From the IMG/VR virus record IMGVR_UViG_3300025909_000005: a stretch of 64,000 nucleotides of DNA; one strand, written 5' to 3'. The position numbers and the translations under genes were made by a program. How positions within the stretch are numbered: the stretch's first letter is position 1; each line of letters starts with the position of its first letter. This DNA comes from a virus. Its lineage: Duplodnaviria > Caudoviricetes. This document shows positions 1 through 7,818 of this stretch, one piece after another. Under the pieces are notes generated by a model. That model saw only the letters and a program-made list of their open reading frames with translations, made no database searches and was not told the origin of the DNA.

Positions 1-267
1 CACCCTGCGAGTAACCCTGTCCCTGACGTTGTTGTTCCCGAGATCTTCGAGGAGCTGATGGAAGCCGACTTTGAGGAGGTCCTTCGACGGACAGTCGAAG
101 GCGTCGACGTCAACTACATCGACTTCGGCGACGATGCATCCGGTTTTCGAGTCATCTACGATACTCCTCTTGAGCCAACGCACCGGACCCGAGAACAGAT
201 TCACGCTGCCGTTGAGTCAGTTGTTAGGTCCGAGAGAGTGGCCTCACATGTTACAATTCATTCATGA
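1..267 (+). CDS. 3' end of a hypothetical protein (truncated by window start)
   Basis: Frame of ORF 58..267 is open from base 1; its stop overlaps the next start (ATGA at 264-267). Confidence 0.6.
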   Translation, partial: HPASNPVPDVVVPEIFEELMEADFEEVLRRTVEGVDVNYIDFGDDASGFRVIYDTPLEPTHRTREQIHAAVESVVRSERVASHVTIHS

Positions 268-983
268 AGCTAACACCAAAAGACATTGAGGGCCTGAGGT
301 CGGCCCTTTCAGCGACCAAGGTTGTTGGAGTTGAAGGCATTGTCTTCAACGACGGCAAGGTCATGGGTGCCCGCATCTCTCTTGATGCGGCCATCATTTC
401 AGCATCTGGCATGGACTTCAATCCCGAGTATCGACTCGGTGTCGGTCGTGTTGATGAGCTTGAGAAGCGTCTCGCACTCTTCTCTGGCCCCATCGAAATT
501 GATGCAAAGGTCTCCGATGCTGGTGACGTGAGCCTGCTCACCATCACCTCAGGCAAGACGAAGGTTCAGTTCCGCTGCACCTCTGCTGCGCTGATGAAGT
601 ACCCGAAAAAGAACAACGACCCAGCCTTCGCAGTCGTGTACCTGTCACGAGCTGAAGCTCAGCAGGCATCCAAGGCAGCGAAGAGCCTGAAGTCGGACCG
701 TCTACTTCTGCAGGTTGGACGCGACGGAAACGTCAGGTTGGAATGCGTAGATAGTTCTAATGATCGATTTGAGATCGAGCTAGCAAAGCAGGCCGACTAC
801 ATGGACGAAGCCGACAGCGCCGTTCACTCGTACATCGCGAACGTTCTCACAGACGTGTTGGACGCAGCTGCCAAGGACGCTGAAGAAATCAGCCTCATTC
901 TTGGTGCAGATGGCTCGATCACAACCACCGCGCGTGGTCACGAGCTCATCGTGTTCCCGCAAATCAATGGAGAAGAAGAATGA
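264..983 (+). CDS. Putative DNA sliding-clamp-like protein (gp45/PCNA-like)
   Basis: 239 aa with a two-domain beta/alpha pattern and clamp-like size, in a replication context. The fold call is inference. Confidence 0.45.
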   Translation: MKLTPKDIEGLRSALSATKVVGVEGIVFNDGKVMGARISLDAAIISASGMDFNPEYRLGVGRVDELEKRLALFSGPIEIDAKVSDAGDVSLLTITSGKTKVQFRCTSAALMKYPKKNNDPAFAVVYLSRAEAQQASKAAKSLKSDRLLLQVGRDGNVRLECVDSSNDRFEIELAKQADYMDEADSAVHSYIANVLTDVLDAAAKDAEEISLILGADGSITTTARGHELIVFPQINGEEE

Positions 984-1342
984 ACCAAGACTTCGAGAAG
1001 TCGCGCGTCGAGTACGTCACCCGCATCGAGCTGATCAACCAGACGCTGCAGCGTGAAGTCGCCGAGCTCAAGCTCATCGAGAAGTGGGAGCCTCGCGTCG
1101 CCACCGTTCTCGATCCTGCCAACAACGAAGGTCGTCTCACGCTGTCCTTCGGCGGCCACAACATGACCGTGCAGCTGCCATACTCATCGCTCGCCGAGGT
1201 AGACACTGCAACGCTGGTTAACGCGGTGCTTGACTCTGTCTTTGCCAACCTCGTTCGTGACCGTCTCCGCACTGTCATCGAGCCTCAGGTGAAGAGCATG
1301 CAACAAGGGGTGCAGGCGACAGCAGGAGCCGGCAAGTGGTAA
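980..1342 (+). CDS. Hypothetical protein
   Basis: 120-aa ORF coupled by ATGA overlap; genome-typical codons. Confidence 0.75.
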   Translation: MNQDFEKSRVEYVTRIELINQTLQREVAELKLIEKWEPRVATVLDPANNEGRLTLSFGGHNMTVQLPYSSLAEVDTATLVNAVLDSVFANLVRDRLRTVIEPQVKSMQQGVQATAGAGKW

Positions 1343-1644
1343 AGAACCTGCTACAGAAGGCGCTTAACTGGCGTCACAACGCGTCTACAGATCCATGGGC
1401 TTCCTTCGAGATTATGGGCTTCGAGCCTGATGGTCGCATCAAGGTTTCCACAAACTGGAACGACGCCTTCATCAAGAAGATCCACGCGCTTGGCTTCCAG
1501 GCTGAAACGCCAGAAGAGAGCGTCCAGCTCTTCTTCTACACCGCGCAAGCGCGTCCAACCGAGATGGACTCTGTAGATCCAGGTGAGGCCATCTCTAGTG
1601 GCCACCCGAACCTGTCAGCTGACACGAACATGCTGAGGACGTGA
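1336..1644 (+). CDS. Hypothetical protein
   Basis: 102-aa ORF with GTG start, overlapping the previous stop. Confidence 0.75.
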   Translation: MVKNLLQKALNWRHNASTDPWASFEIMGFEPDGRIKVSTNWNDAFIKKIHALGFQAETPEESVQLFFYTAQARPTEMDSVDPGEAISSGHPNLSADTNMLRT

Positions 1645-1817
1645 TGGAAATCGAAGATGACTGGGTCGCGATGATTGAGCCACGTGAGGGTCAAGAATAT
1701 GAATGCAAGTTCTGCTTCGACTACGGTGGGCTCATGCTGAAGAACGCAAGCGACGACAACGGCGAACCCTTTACGCAGACCTGCTGGCACTGTCAGACAC
1801 CTTCCGATCTGGACTAA
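1644..1817 (+). CDS. Small zinc-ribbon protein (not in ORF track)
   Basis: Manual translation MEIEDDWVAM...CKFC...CWHC...DLD*, 57 aa with two CxxC; TGATG overlap with the upstream gene. Confidence 0.65.
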   Translation: MEIEDDWVAMIEPREGQEYECKFCFDYGGLMLKNASDDNGEPFTQTCWHCQTPSDLD

Positions 1818-1818
1818 A

Positions 1819-2121
1819 ATGTACGAAACCGAACTGGACATTGAGGAATACACAAAGGTCCTCGATGATGTGTGGGGCCTGCTAGAGTGCCACGACATCT
1901 TCCGCTCCTTCAACGATGACTTGAACTTTGCTGCGCTTGATGCACGCCTGGCCGAGATTGACGCGGAGCAGATGCACATCGAACGCCTCGTCAGCTACCT
2001 TCGATTCAGCTGGCGCTACAAGGAACACCTACCTCACTGGCAGCCCCTTCTTGAGGCGTCGCATGTTAGAATTATACAAATGGGCATCGATCCAAGAGAA
2101 TTACTAGAAGGAATGCTATGA
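1819..2121 (+). CDS. Hypothetical protein
   Basis: 100-aa ORF that fills the operon gap and overlaps the rnh start. Confidence 0.7.
   Translation: MYETELDIEEYTKVLDDVWGLLECHDIFRSFNDDLNFAALDARLAEIDAEQMHIERLVSYLRFSWRYKEHLPHWQPLLEASHVRIIQMGIDPRELLEGML
2064..2072 (+). promoter_or_regulatory. Extended -10 promoter (TGTTAGAAT) upstream of rnh
   Basis: TGn-TAnAAT match 45 nt upstream of the ATG at 2118. Confidence 0.4.
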
Positions 2122-3137
2122 AGAAGCGTATGGTTGTTGACACCGCGAACATTCTGTTTCGCGTTGCGTCAGCTCATGGAAAGTATAATCAAGGCGGCTC
2201 AGCGGAAGACCAAGCAGGTCTGGCCCTCCACATGGCTCTCCAAACCCTGAAGTCGCACTACAACCGCGTCAAGCCAGACCAGGTTGCCCTCACGTTCGAA
2301 GGTACGAACAACTGGCGCAAGACCTACACGAAGTCAGATGAGTGCGTATCGAAACGGATCTACAAGGCAAACCGAGTCAAGGACGACTCAATGATTCCGT
2401 TCTTCGAGCTCATCAAGGCCTTCGAACAACTCGCACGCGAACACACCTCACTCGTCTGCTTGTCGAACCCACTCTGTGAAGGCGACGACCTGTTCGCGGC
2501 CTACGTCGAGAAGTACACGGGTGAGGGCGACGAAGTCGTCGGTCTCTCAGGCGACAAGGACTTCGTGCAGCTCATCAAGTACCCGAACTTCACGCTTCTG
2601 AACCCAGACAAGCTGGGAGCCGATCGCCACACCGACAAGGATGGCAACAAGATCGACCCAGAGTACTTCATGTTCGAGAAGGCGTTTCGCGGAGATTCGG
2701 GCGACAATGTCATGGCAGCGTATCCACGAGTTCGCTCGACTCGCCTGAAGAAGGCGTTCACGGATCACTTCGAGCTGACAAACATGCTGAACGAAAGCTG
2801 GACGTTCAATGAGCCATCGACGGGCGAGGAACGCATCTTCCGTGTCGGTGACCTCTACGAAGAGAACCACAAGCTCATGAACCTCTCACGGCAGCCTGAC
2901 TACGTGCGTGATGAGATGTTCCGCACCGTCAACGAGAGCGCAATCGACCACGGTCACTTCAGCCTATTCCACTTCCAGAAGTTCTGCGGCAAGTACGGCC
3001 TCAAGAAGATCAGCGAAGAGGTCACCAACTTCGTACCGCTGTTCTCCAACTCTGGCAAGAACTCTGAGCACCGTGAAGAAACAAAGGCGCTGCACGTCGC
3101 AAAGAAGGCCGCACGTTCGACGACCATGGAGTTCTAA
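2118..3137 (+). CDS. rnh: T4-type RNase H / 5'-3' exonuclease (PIN/FEN-like)
   Basis: Acidic motifs VVDTAN, EGDDL, SGDKDF and GDSGDNV typical of the T4 RNase H/5'-3' exonuclease family. Confidence 0.9.
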   Translation: MKKRMVVDTANILFRVASAHGKYNQGGSAEDQAGLALHMALQTLKSHYNRVKPDQVALTFEGTNNWRKTYTKSDECVSKRIYKANRVKDDSMIPFFELIKAFEQLAREHTSLVCLSNPLCEGDDLFAAYVEKYTGEGDEVVGLSGDKDFVQLIKYPNFTLLNPDKLGADRHTDKDGNKIDPEYFMFEKAFRGDSGDNVMAAYPRVRSTRLKKAFTDHFELTNMLNESWTFNEPSTGEERIFRVGDLYEENHKLMNLSRQPDYVRDEMFRTVNESAIDHGHFSLFHFQKFCGKYGLKKISEEVTNFVPLFSNSGKNSEHREETKALHVAKKAARSTTMEF

Positions 3138-3139
3138 TG

Positions 3140-3148
3140 TGATATAAT
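3140..3148 (+). promoter_or_regulatory. Extended -10 promoter TGATATAAT, 5 nt before an ATG (leaderless candidate)
   Basis: Perfect TGn-TATAAT; no SD before ATG 3154. Confidence 0.6.
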
Positions 3149-3153
3149 GGGCC

Positions 3154-3351
3154 ATGACCAAGACCATCGCAGCCGAAGCCACTGAGCTCTTTGACCAGTT
3201 TCTGGAGACGCTCGAAGACGATCCGATTCCCCTCCTGGAGGTGAACTGCCGCCTGGACGTCTGGACGCGGGAGGTGGTTCCTGTCACTCACCCGAAGCGT
3301 GACCTGCTCATCGACGCCATCTACGAACGGTATGATGAGCATTGCTCTTGA
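3154..3351 (+). CDS. Hypothetical protein
   Basis: 65-aa ORF directly after the promoter. Confidence 0.65.
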   Translation: MTKTIAAEATELFDQFLETLEDDPIPLLEVNCRLDVWTREVVPVTHPKRDLLIDAIYERYDEHCS

Positions 3352-3604
3352 CATCATCGGCTGGCTCGGGAGCGCCATGCTGATGGTGTGCGCGATCCCC
3401 GAAGCTATTCTCGCCGTGAGGCGTAAGCACACCCACATGCCCTGGAACATGATCATCCTCCTTGGTGGGGGAGAGTTCTTCATGTTCATCTATGTCCTGC
3501 CAAAGCTGGACTGGCCCCTCATTGCCAACTACGGCGTGAACATCATCTCGATGTCGGTGATCCTCTACTACAAGACGAGGAAGCACCCGCACAATCGCGG
3601 GTAA
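3335..3604 (+). CDS. PQ-loop (SemiSWEET/MtN3-like) small membrane protein
   Basis: Three hydrophobic helices and an IPEA PQ-loop-like motif. Start is ATG 3332 or 3335. Confidence 0.65.
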   Translation: MSIALDIIGWLGSAMLMVCAIPEAILAVRRKHTHMPWNMIILLGGGEFFMFIYVLPKLDWPLIANYGVNIISMSVILYYKTRKHPHNRG

Positions 3605-3605
3605 T

Positions 3606-3623
3606 AGCATTAGTGGCTAGATA
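3606..3623 (+). repeat. 18-bp dispersed intergenic repeat AGCATTAGTGGCTAGATA, copy 1
   Basis: Identical copy at 9529..9546. Confidence 0.85.
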
Positions 3624-3653
3624 GCGGGTGCGGAAAGGTGACCTCCGATCTGC

Positions 3654-3661
3654 TATAAATA
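3654..3661 (+). promoter_or_regulatory. T4-like late promoter TATAAATA
   Basis: Exact T4 gp55 consensus in an intergenic region; a gp55 homologue is encoded in the window. Confidence 0.8.
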
Positions 3662-3730
3662 CCTCTGAGAACAGGTTCGGCACTCGCCGATAAAACGTAC
3701 TACGTTGACCTGGCCTACGGAGAATAAACT

Positions 3731-4228
3731 ATGGCTAACCAAGAACAACTCGCTATCGGTTCGTCCGGTGCCAAGGCAGCCCCAGCCCGCATCGAAAAGC
3801 GTCCGACAGACATGCACCACGTCTTCCTGATCGACTGGAACGACGACGGTCGCCCACGTGAAATCGCAGTCGTCATGGAAGCACCAGACGGCACGATCTA
3901 TGGCATCGAAATCGAGCGCCTCCACCCAATCGACAAGGCCCGCCTGAAGAAGTTCCTCGTGTCCATGCACGCGGACAAGTACCCACTGTGGGAACTTCTG
4001 GCCAACGGTCAGCTCAACAACGGCATCAACCCGCTGGACTTCTTCCACATGAACTACGTTCGTGTCAAGCGTCCTCGTGGCGCCATCCTCGGTGGCGGCC
4101 TGGCTTCGGTTGAGGTCTACTCCGGTTCCGACAAGCAGATCGGCTCCCAGTTCTCTGACCCACGTGGTGCGGTTGTGACGAACGAGAAGCCAGTTCTCGG
4201 CGGTGGTAGCGGCAGCAGCTTCTCGTGA
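3731..4228 (+). CDS. Hypothetical late protein
   Basis: 165 aa with a GGAGA SD and strong codon bias. Confidence 0.8.
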   Translation: MANQEQLAIGSSGAKAAPARIEKRPTDMHHVFLIDWNDDGRPREIAVVMEAPDGTIYGIEIERLHPIDKARLKKFLVSMHADKYPLWELLANGQLNNGINPLDFFHMNYVRVKRPRGAILGGGLASVEVYSGSDKQIGSQFSDPRGAVVTNEKPVLGGGSGSSFS

Positions 4229-4446
4229 TCAAGGAAGTCGACCTAGCGAAGGACGACATCGTCGTTTTCTACGTCGATGTCGGCAACCTGCCTCCAGCTC
4301 GAGTCAAGGAGTACCTTGGGAACATCAAGGCAGAGGTTGCAGCGAACATCTTCGGCACCGAACAGAAAGTCATGTTTGTGCCGCGGGTTCGAGAAGCAGA
4401 CGGAATCAGGCGCGATACTGACATCACGATCATTCACCGCGTCTAA
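4225..4446 (+). CDS. Hypothetical protein
   Basis: 73 aa, GTGA overlap, followed by a terminator. Confidence 0.65.
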   Translation: MIKEVDLAKDDIVVFYVDVGNLPPARVKEYLGNIKAEVAANIFGTEQKVMFVPRVREADGIRRDTDITIIHRV

Positions 4447-4464
4447 GGTCTTCGACCTAGCAAT

Positions 4465-4485
4465 AAGGGCCTTCGGGCCCTTTTT
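4465..4485 (+). terminator. Rho-independent terminator
   Basis: AAGGGCC-TTCG-GGCCCTT stem with a UUCG loop and a T run. Confidence 0.9.
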
Positions 4486-4514
4486 CATTCCCCCTTCTCT
4501 TTAACACGCCGTTC

Positions 4515-4531
4515 ACACGGTAGTGTAAAAT
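4515..4531 (+). promoter_or_regulatory. -10-type promoter with upstream ACAC-N4-GTGT palindrome
   Basis: ACACGGTAGTGTAAAAT, with a similar architecture at 6785 and 20619. Confidence 0.45.
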
Positions 4532-4602
4532 GTTCTTTCAGCTGATGAAGGCTGAGGCAAGTACTTTGCCCTTTCCAGGTCAGAGCAACTACAGGAGATC
4601 AG

Positions 4603-5229
4603 ATGACAAAGGTAATCGCAATCATGGCGCTAGTCGTGACGGCAGCCACATCCGCAGCGTACAAGCTTTACCAGTACGTCCCACAACCCGTTCCAACCGC
4701 CGTCATCGGCGAAAAGCAAGAGAAGACCCTCGGTGGTTCCGCCGCAGTTCTGCTGCCCGAGAACCTGAACAACAAACAGGCCGTGCTACTGAACTCAGCC
4801 TACGCCATCGCCAAGGCAGAAGGCTTCAAGAACCCTGAGATCGTGCAGAGCATCCTACTTCAGGAGACACGAGCCGGTGGCATGAAGTCCTACAACGTGG
4901 CGAACGCAGGACCGGACGCGTACTACGGTCCGATGCAGATCAAGCTTGCGGCAACCCGTGACGTGCTCGCACGTGATCCGTCTCTCTACACGAAGTACGA
5001 CTTCCACACCCACACCGACGATGAGGTCAAGGCCAACCTGATCCTCAACCACGACTTCAACATTCGAGTTGCAGTTCGGTACCTCGAGATTCTGCAGAAG
5101 ACCTACGGTCTGTCGGGTGCCAACCTTGTGAACGCCTACCAAGCCGGCCCTGGTGGACTCGGCACTTCAGACGGCTCCTACGCACGTGGAGCTGCAGAGA
5201 AGCTGGCGGCGTACAAGCACAGGACGTAA
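4603..5229 (+). CDS. Lytic transglycosylase (SLT/lysozyme-like) with an N-terminal signal/anchor
   Basis: LLQET catalytic-Glu motif, GPMQI and AYQAG motifs; hydrophobic Ala-rich N-terminus; AGGAG SD. Confidence 0.75.
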   Translation: MTKVIAIMALVVTAATSAAYKLYQYVPQPVPTAVIGEKQEKTLGGSAAVLLPENLNNKQAVLLNSAYAIAKAEGFKNPEIVQSILLQETRAGGMKSYNVANAGPDAYYGPMQIKLAATRDVLARDPSLYTKYDFHTHTDDEVKANLILNHDFNIRVAVRYLEILQKTYGLSGANLVNAYQAGPGGLGTSDGSYARGAAEKLAAYKHRT

Positions 5230-5232
5230 ATA
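5227..5232 (+). promoter_or_regulatory. Late-promoter core TAAATA (formed by stop codon + ATA)
   Basis: Sits immediately upstream of the MKVSDLLE/MKVSELLE gene pair. Confidence 0.55.
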
Positions 5233-5256
5233 GGGGATCCCAACCAAGGATCCCAA

Positions 5257-5601
5257 ATGAAAGTATCAGACCTTCTTGAAGACTGCGACTGCTCAAAGAG
5301 CGACAGCGCAAACCGCGATGACGAAAAGCTGGCGCTAGCCCGCAAGAAGACGAAGGACGAGATCGCAAAGATGCGTCAGTCCTATGCCGACAAGCGCCGT
5401 GCACGTTCCACCGAGCAGACGACTGAGGCCCTCGTTGGTGCAGATGGCAAGCTTGGCACTGGCGGTGGCAAGAAGACCGCACCAGCCCAATCGAAGAAGA
5501 CCATTGCCGCAAAGCGTGCAACCGGCGAGATCATGCCGAAGGGTCACTTCCACAAGAAAGGCGAGGACTGGGAGTCAACCAAGGTTACGAAGGCCAAATG
5601 A
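5257..5601 (+). CDS. Putative head-packaged internal protein (MKVSDLLE leader), very basic
   Basis: N-terminal motif shared with the dispersed family; Lys/Arg-rich body. Confidence 0.6.
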   Translation: MKVSDLLEDCDCSKSDSANRDDEKLALARKKTKDEIAKMRQSYADKRRARSTEQTTEALVGADGKLGTGGGKKTAPAQSKKTIAAKRATGEIMPKGHFHKKGEDWESTKVTKAK

Positions 5602-6761
5602 AAGTCTCTGAGCTTCTCGAGGGCTTGAAGGATATCGCCGCTGAGCTTGATGATGAGAAGCACTTCTCCATGGAGAAGATGCAGACATCAATCGAGAATG
5701 GTGTCGTTGTTCCCTTGTCGAAGCTTGACTTCCTTTCAAAGACTCAACTCGCAAAGATCGATGGGTGGATTCATGATAGCGACTGGGACCTCGGCCCATG
5801 GCTCGCTGCCGAAATCCTTGGTCTGAAGAACATGAACCAGTTGGAGCTCGTTGATAAACCATCTGACAGCTCCTACACCAGTTCTTCCTTCGACAACTTC
5901 TCTAGAGCAAGCGGCCTCCCAACTCACGATGAGACCTGGGACGCACTCATGGACTCGTTCAAGGTCACTCAGGGCGAGACTGAGGGCGGCAAGCTCTTTC
6001 ACGTTACCACACAGGTCGGCACTGCTACGCCATTGAAGGGCAAGTCGCAGAGAGTTGTTCTCACGAAGGAGAACGGCAATGTGTGGTTTGCTTGGGCAAA
6101 GAAGCCAAAGGTCAATGAGGCGCTGAAGGACCTCGCCTCGCTGGCAGATCAGCTCAGCGCGCTCGAGATCATCGCCGCTGGTGTGAAGGACCGCTTCAAG
6201 GAGCAGGCCGATTACATGAAGCAGTTCTTCCCTGGAGAAGATCCAAAGGACCATGCTGAAATGGTCCTTGCCAAGATCAAGGAATACAACGGTGAGAAGG
6301 TCCTCATCCTGAAGCCTGATCCTGAGTGGCAAGAATGGGGTCGCGGTAGTGCAAAGTGGTGCAGCAACCGTGTGCAAGCAGTAGCCCGTGAGAACAACAT
6401 CAAGGTGCGCTCACAGATGAACCCATACAATCGTCATGAGGTTGACGTCACGCTGATGTCATCTGGTGCCTCTGTCTCTCCTGAGAAGTTCGACTCCATC
6501 TTCAAGAACGTCGAGAGTGACATCCACGACAGCACCGTCGAAAAGGCGACAGCCCACCTTGACTCTGGCAAGTCGATGACCATCACGTGGGACCAGAAGC
6601 CGAAGAACAAGCGTTACGCCCACTTCTGGGAATCGAATGCTCGCAGCCTGTCCACCTCATACCGTGGTCTGGCTGCCAAGGCCGGCTTCCGGATCAAAGC
6701 AACTATCGACAAGCAAGCGAAGACCCTGACGATCACACCTGCTGACCAAGGTCGCGAGTAA
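5598..6761 (+). CDS. Putative head-packaged two-module polyprotein (MKVSELLE|GLKD... KVNE|ALKDL)
   Basis: Family leader plus an internal VNE|ALKDL repeat at aa 172-179. Confidence 0.65.
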   Translation: MKVSELLEGLKDIAAELDDEKHFSMEKMQTSIENGVVVPLSKLDFLSKTQLAKIDGWIHDSDWDLGPWLAAEILGLKNMNQLELVDKPSDSSYTSSSFDNFSRASGLPTHDETWDALMDSFKVTQGETEGGKLFHVTTQVGTATPLKGKSQRVVLTKENGNVWFAWAKKPKVNEALKDLASLADQLSALEIIAAGVKDRFKEQADYMKQFFPGEDPKDHAEMVLAKIKEYNGEKVLILKPDPEWQEWGRGSAKWCSNRVQAVARENNIKVRSQMNPYNRHEVDVTLMSSGASVSPEKFDSIFKNVESDIHDSTVEKATAHLDSGKSMTITWDQKPKNKRYAHFWESNARSLSTSYRGLAAKAGFRIKATIDKQAKTLTITPADQGRE

Positions 6762-6784
6762 CCAGACTTCAGGACATGTCCTTG

Positions 6785-6802
6785 ACACGTGAGTGTTACA
6801 AT
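6785..6802 (+). promoter_or_regulatory. Extended -10 promoter with ACAC-N4-GTGT palindrome (leaderless candidate for primase)
   Basis: ACACGTGAGTGT-TACAAT, 5 nt before ATG 6808; no SD. Confidence 0.6.
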
Positions 6803-6807
6803 GGTAC

Positions 6808-7815
6808 ATGCTCAAGCAAAAGACACTTGAAGACCTCATTCGTGAGAAAGTATTCCTAGGAGGCGTTAGCGGCTCCGGTTGGTACTACCTCAACTGCCCG
6901 CTCTGCGGGGACTCACGGCTGCGTGGGGGCTTCAAGTTCGACGGTGACAACACGGGCTACTCCTGCTGGAACTGCAGCGCAAAGTTCAAGTACGAGGAGG
7001 GTTCAGGCAAGCTCTCGAAGAACGCGAAGGAGATCCTTGAGGCATGTGGAGTTTCTCGTGAGGACCTGCAGGAGCTGACCTCACCGATCTTCTTGAAGAA
7101 GGCCGAGGAACCGACGATCACGATCGACAACTTGACGAAGGTCAAGACTCACACGCCTGAGGTTGCCTTCCCAGATCGCAGTCACCCCCTGCTCTCCTCA
7201 GTTCAAGAGGACATGCAGGCACCAATCCTTGAGTACCTCCTTGCACGACAGATCGACCCACTCAAGACGACGTTCTACTTCAGCCTCGACCCGAAGTTCC
7301 TACGTCGAGTCATCATCCCCTACTGGCGTGATGGCAAGCTCATCTACTGGCAGGCCCGAACGATCGATGAAGGTGTGAAGCCGCGCTACAGAAACTGCGA
7401 GATTGCCAAAGATGCAGTCATCTACGGTTACGACAAGCTGTTCACGCACGAGAACTCTCCGCTGTTCGTGACCGAAGGCGTCTTCAACGCGATCATGGTC
7501 GATGGCATCTCCGTGATGGGTGCCACGCTGAACGCATCGAAGATCGAGCTACTGAAGAAGACGAAGCGGCGCCTGATCTTCGTTCGTGACCGTGACTCTC
7601 AAGGAGACGTCCTCTCGAAGCAGGCGCTTGAGAACGGGTGGGAAATCACCACCGTGGACAAGCGAGTGAATGACATCAACGAATCAGTAACCACATTTGG
7701 GTTGCCCTACACCGCGTACAGCCTCATATCCAACGCGCAGCGACCATCTGACAAGTTACAATCTTCTGTTAGCCTGGATATTTGGGGCCTGGAAGACCGA
7801 CTGAGAAAGCGATAA
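6808..7815 (+). CDS. gp61: DNA primase (gp61-like, TOPRIM)
   Basis: Zn finger CPLC...CWNC, EGVFN and DRD TOPRIM motifs; lies next to the helicase. Start chosen at ATG 6808. Confidence 0.88.
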   Translation: MLKQKTLEDLIREKVFLGGVSGSGWYYLNCPLCGDSRLRGGFKFDGDNTGYSCWNCSAKFKYEEGSGKLSKNAKEILEACGVSREDLQELTSPIFLKKAEEPTITIDNLTKVKTHTPEVAFPDRSHPLLSSVQEDMQAPILEYLLARQIDPLKTTFYFSLDPKFLRRVIIPYWRDGKLIYWQARTIDEGVKPRYRNCEIAKDAVIYGYDKLFTHENSPLFVTEGVFNAIMVDGISVMGATLNASKIELLKKTKRRLIFVRDRDSQGDVLSKQALENGWEITTVDKRVNDINESVTTFGLPYTAYSLISNAQRPSDKLQSSVSLDIWGLEDRLRKR

Positions 7816-7818
7816 AGC

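Noticed and set aside
3661-3715. Hammerhead ribozyme interpretation of the three-way junction
   Set aside because: Lacks the CUGANGA and GAAA core in the required positions; kept only as a generic structured RNA.
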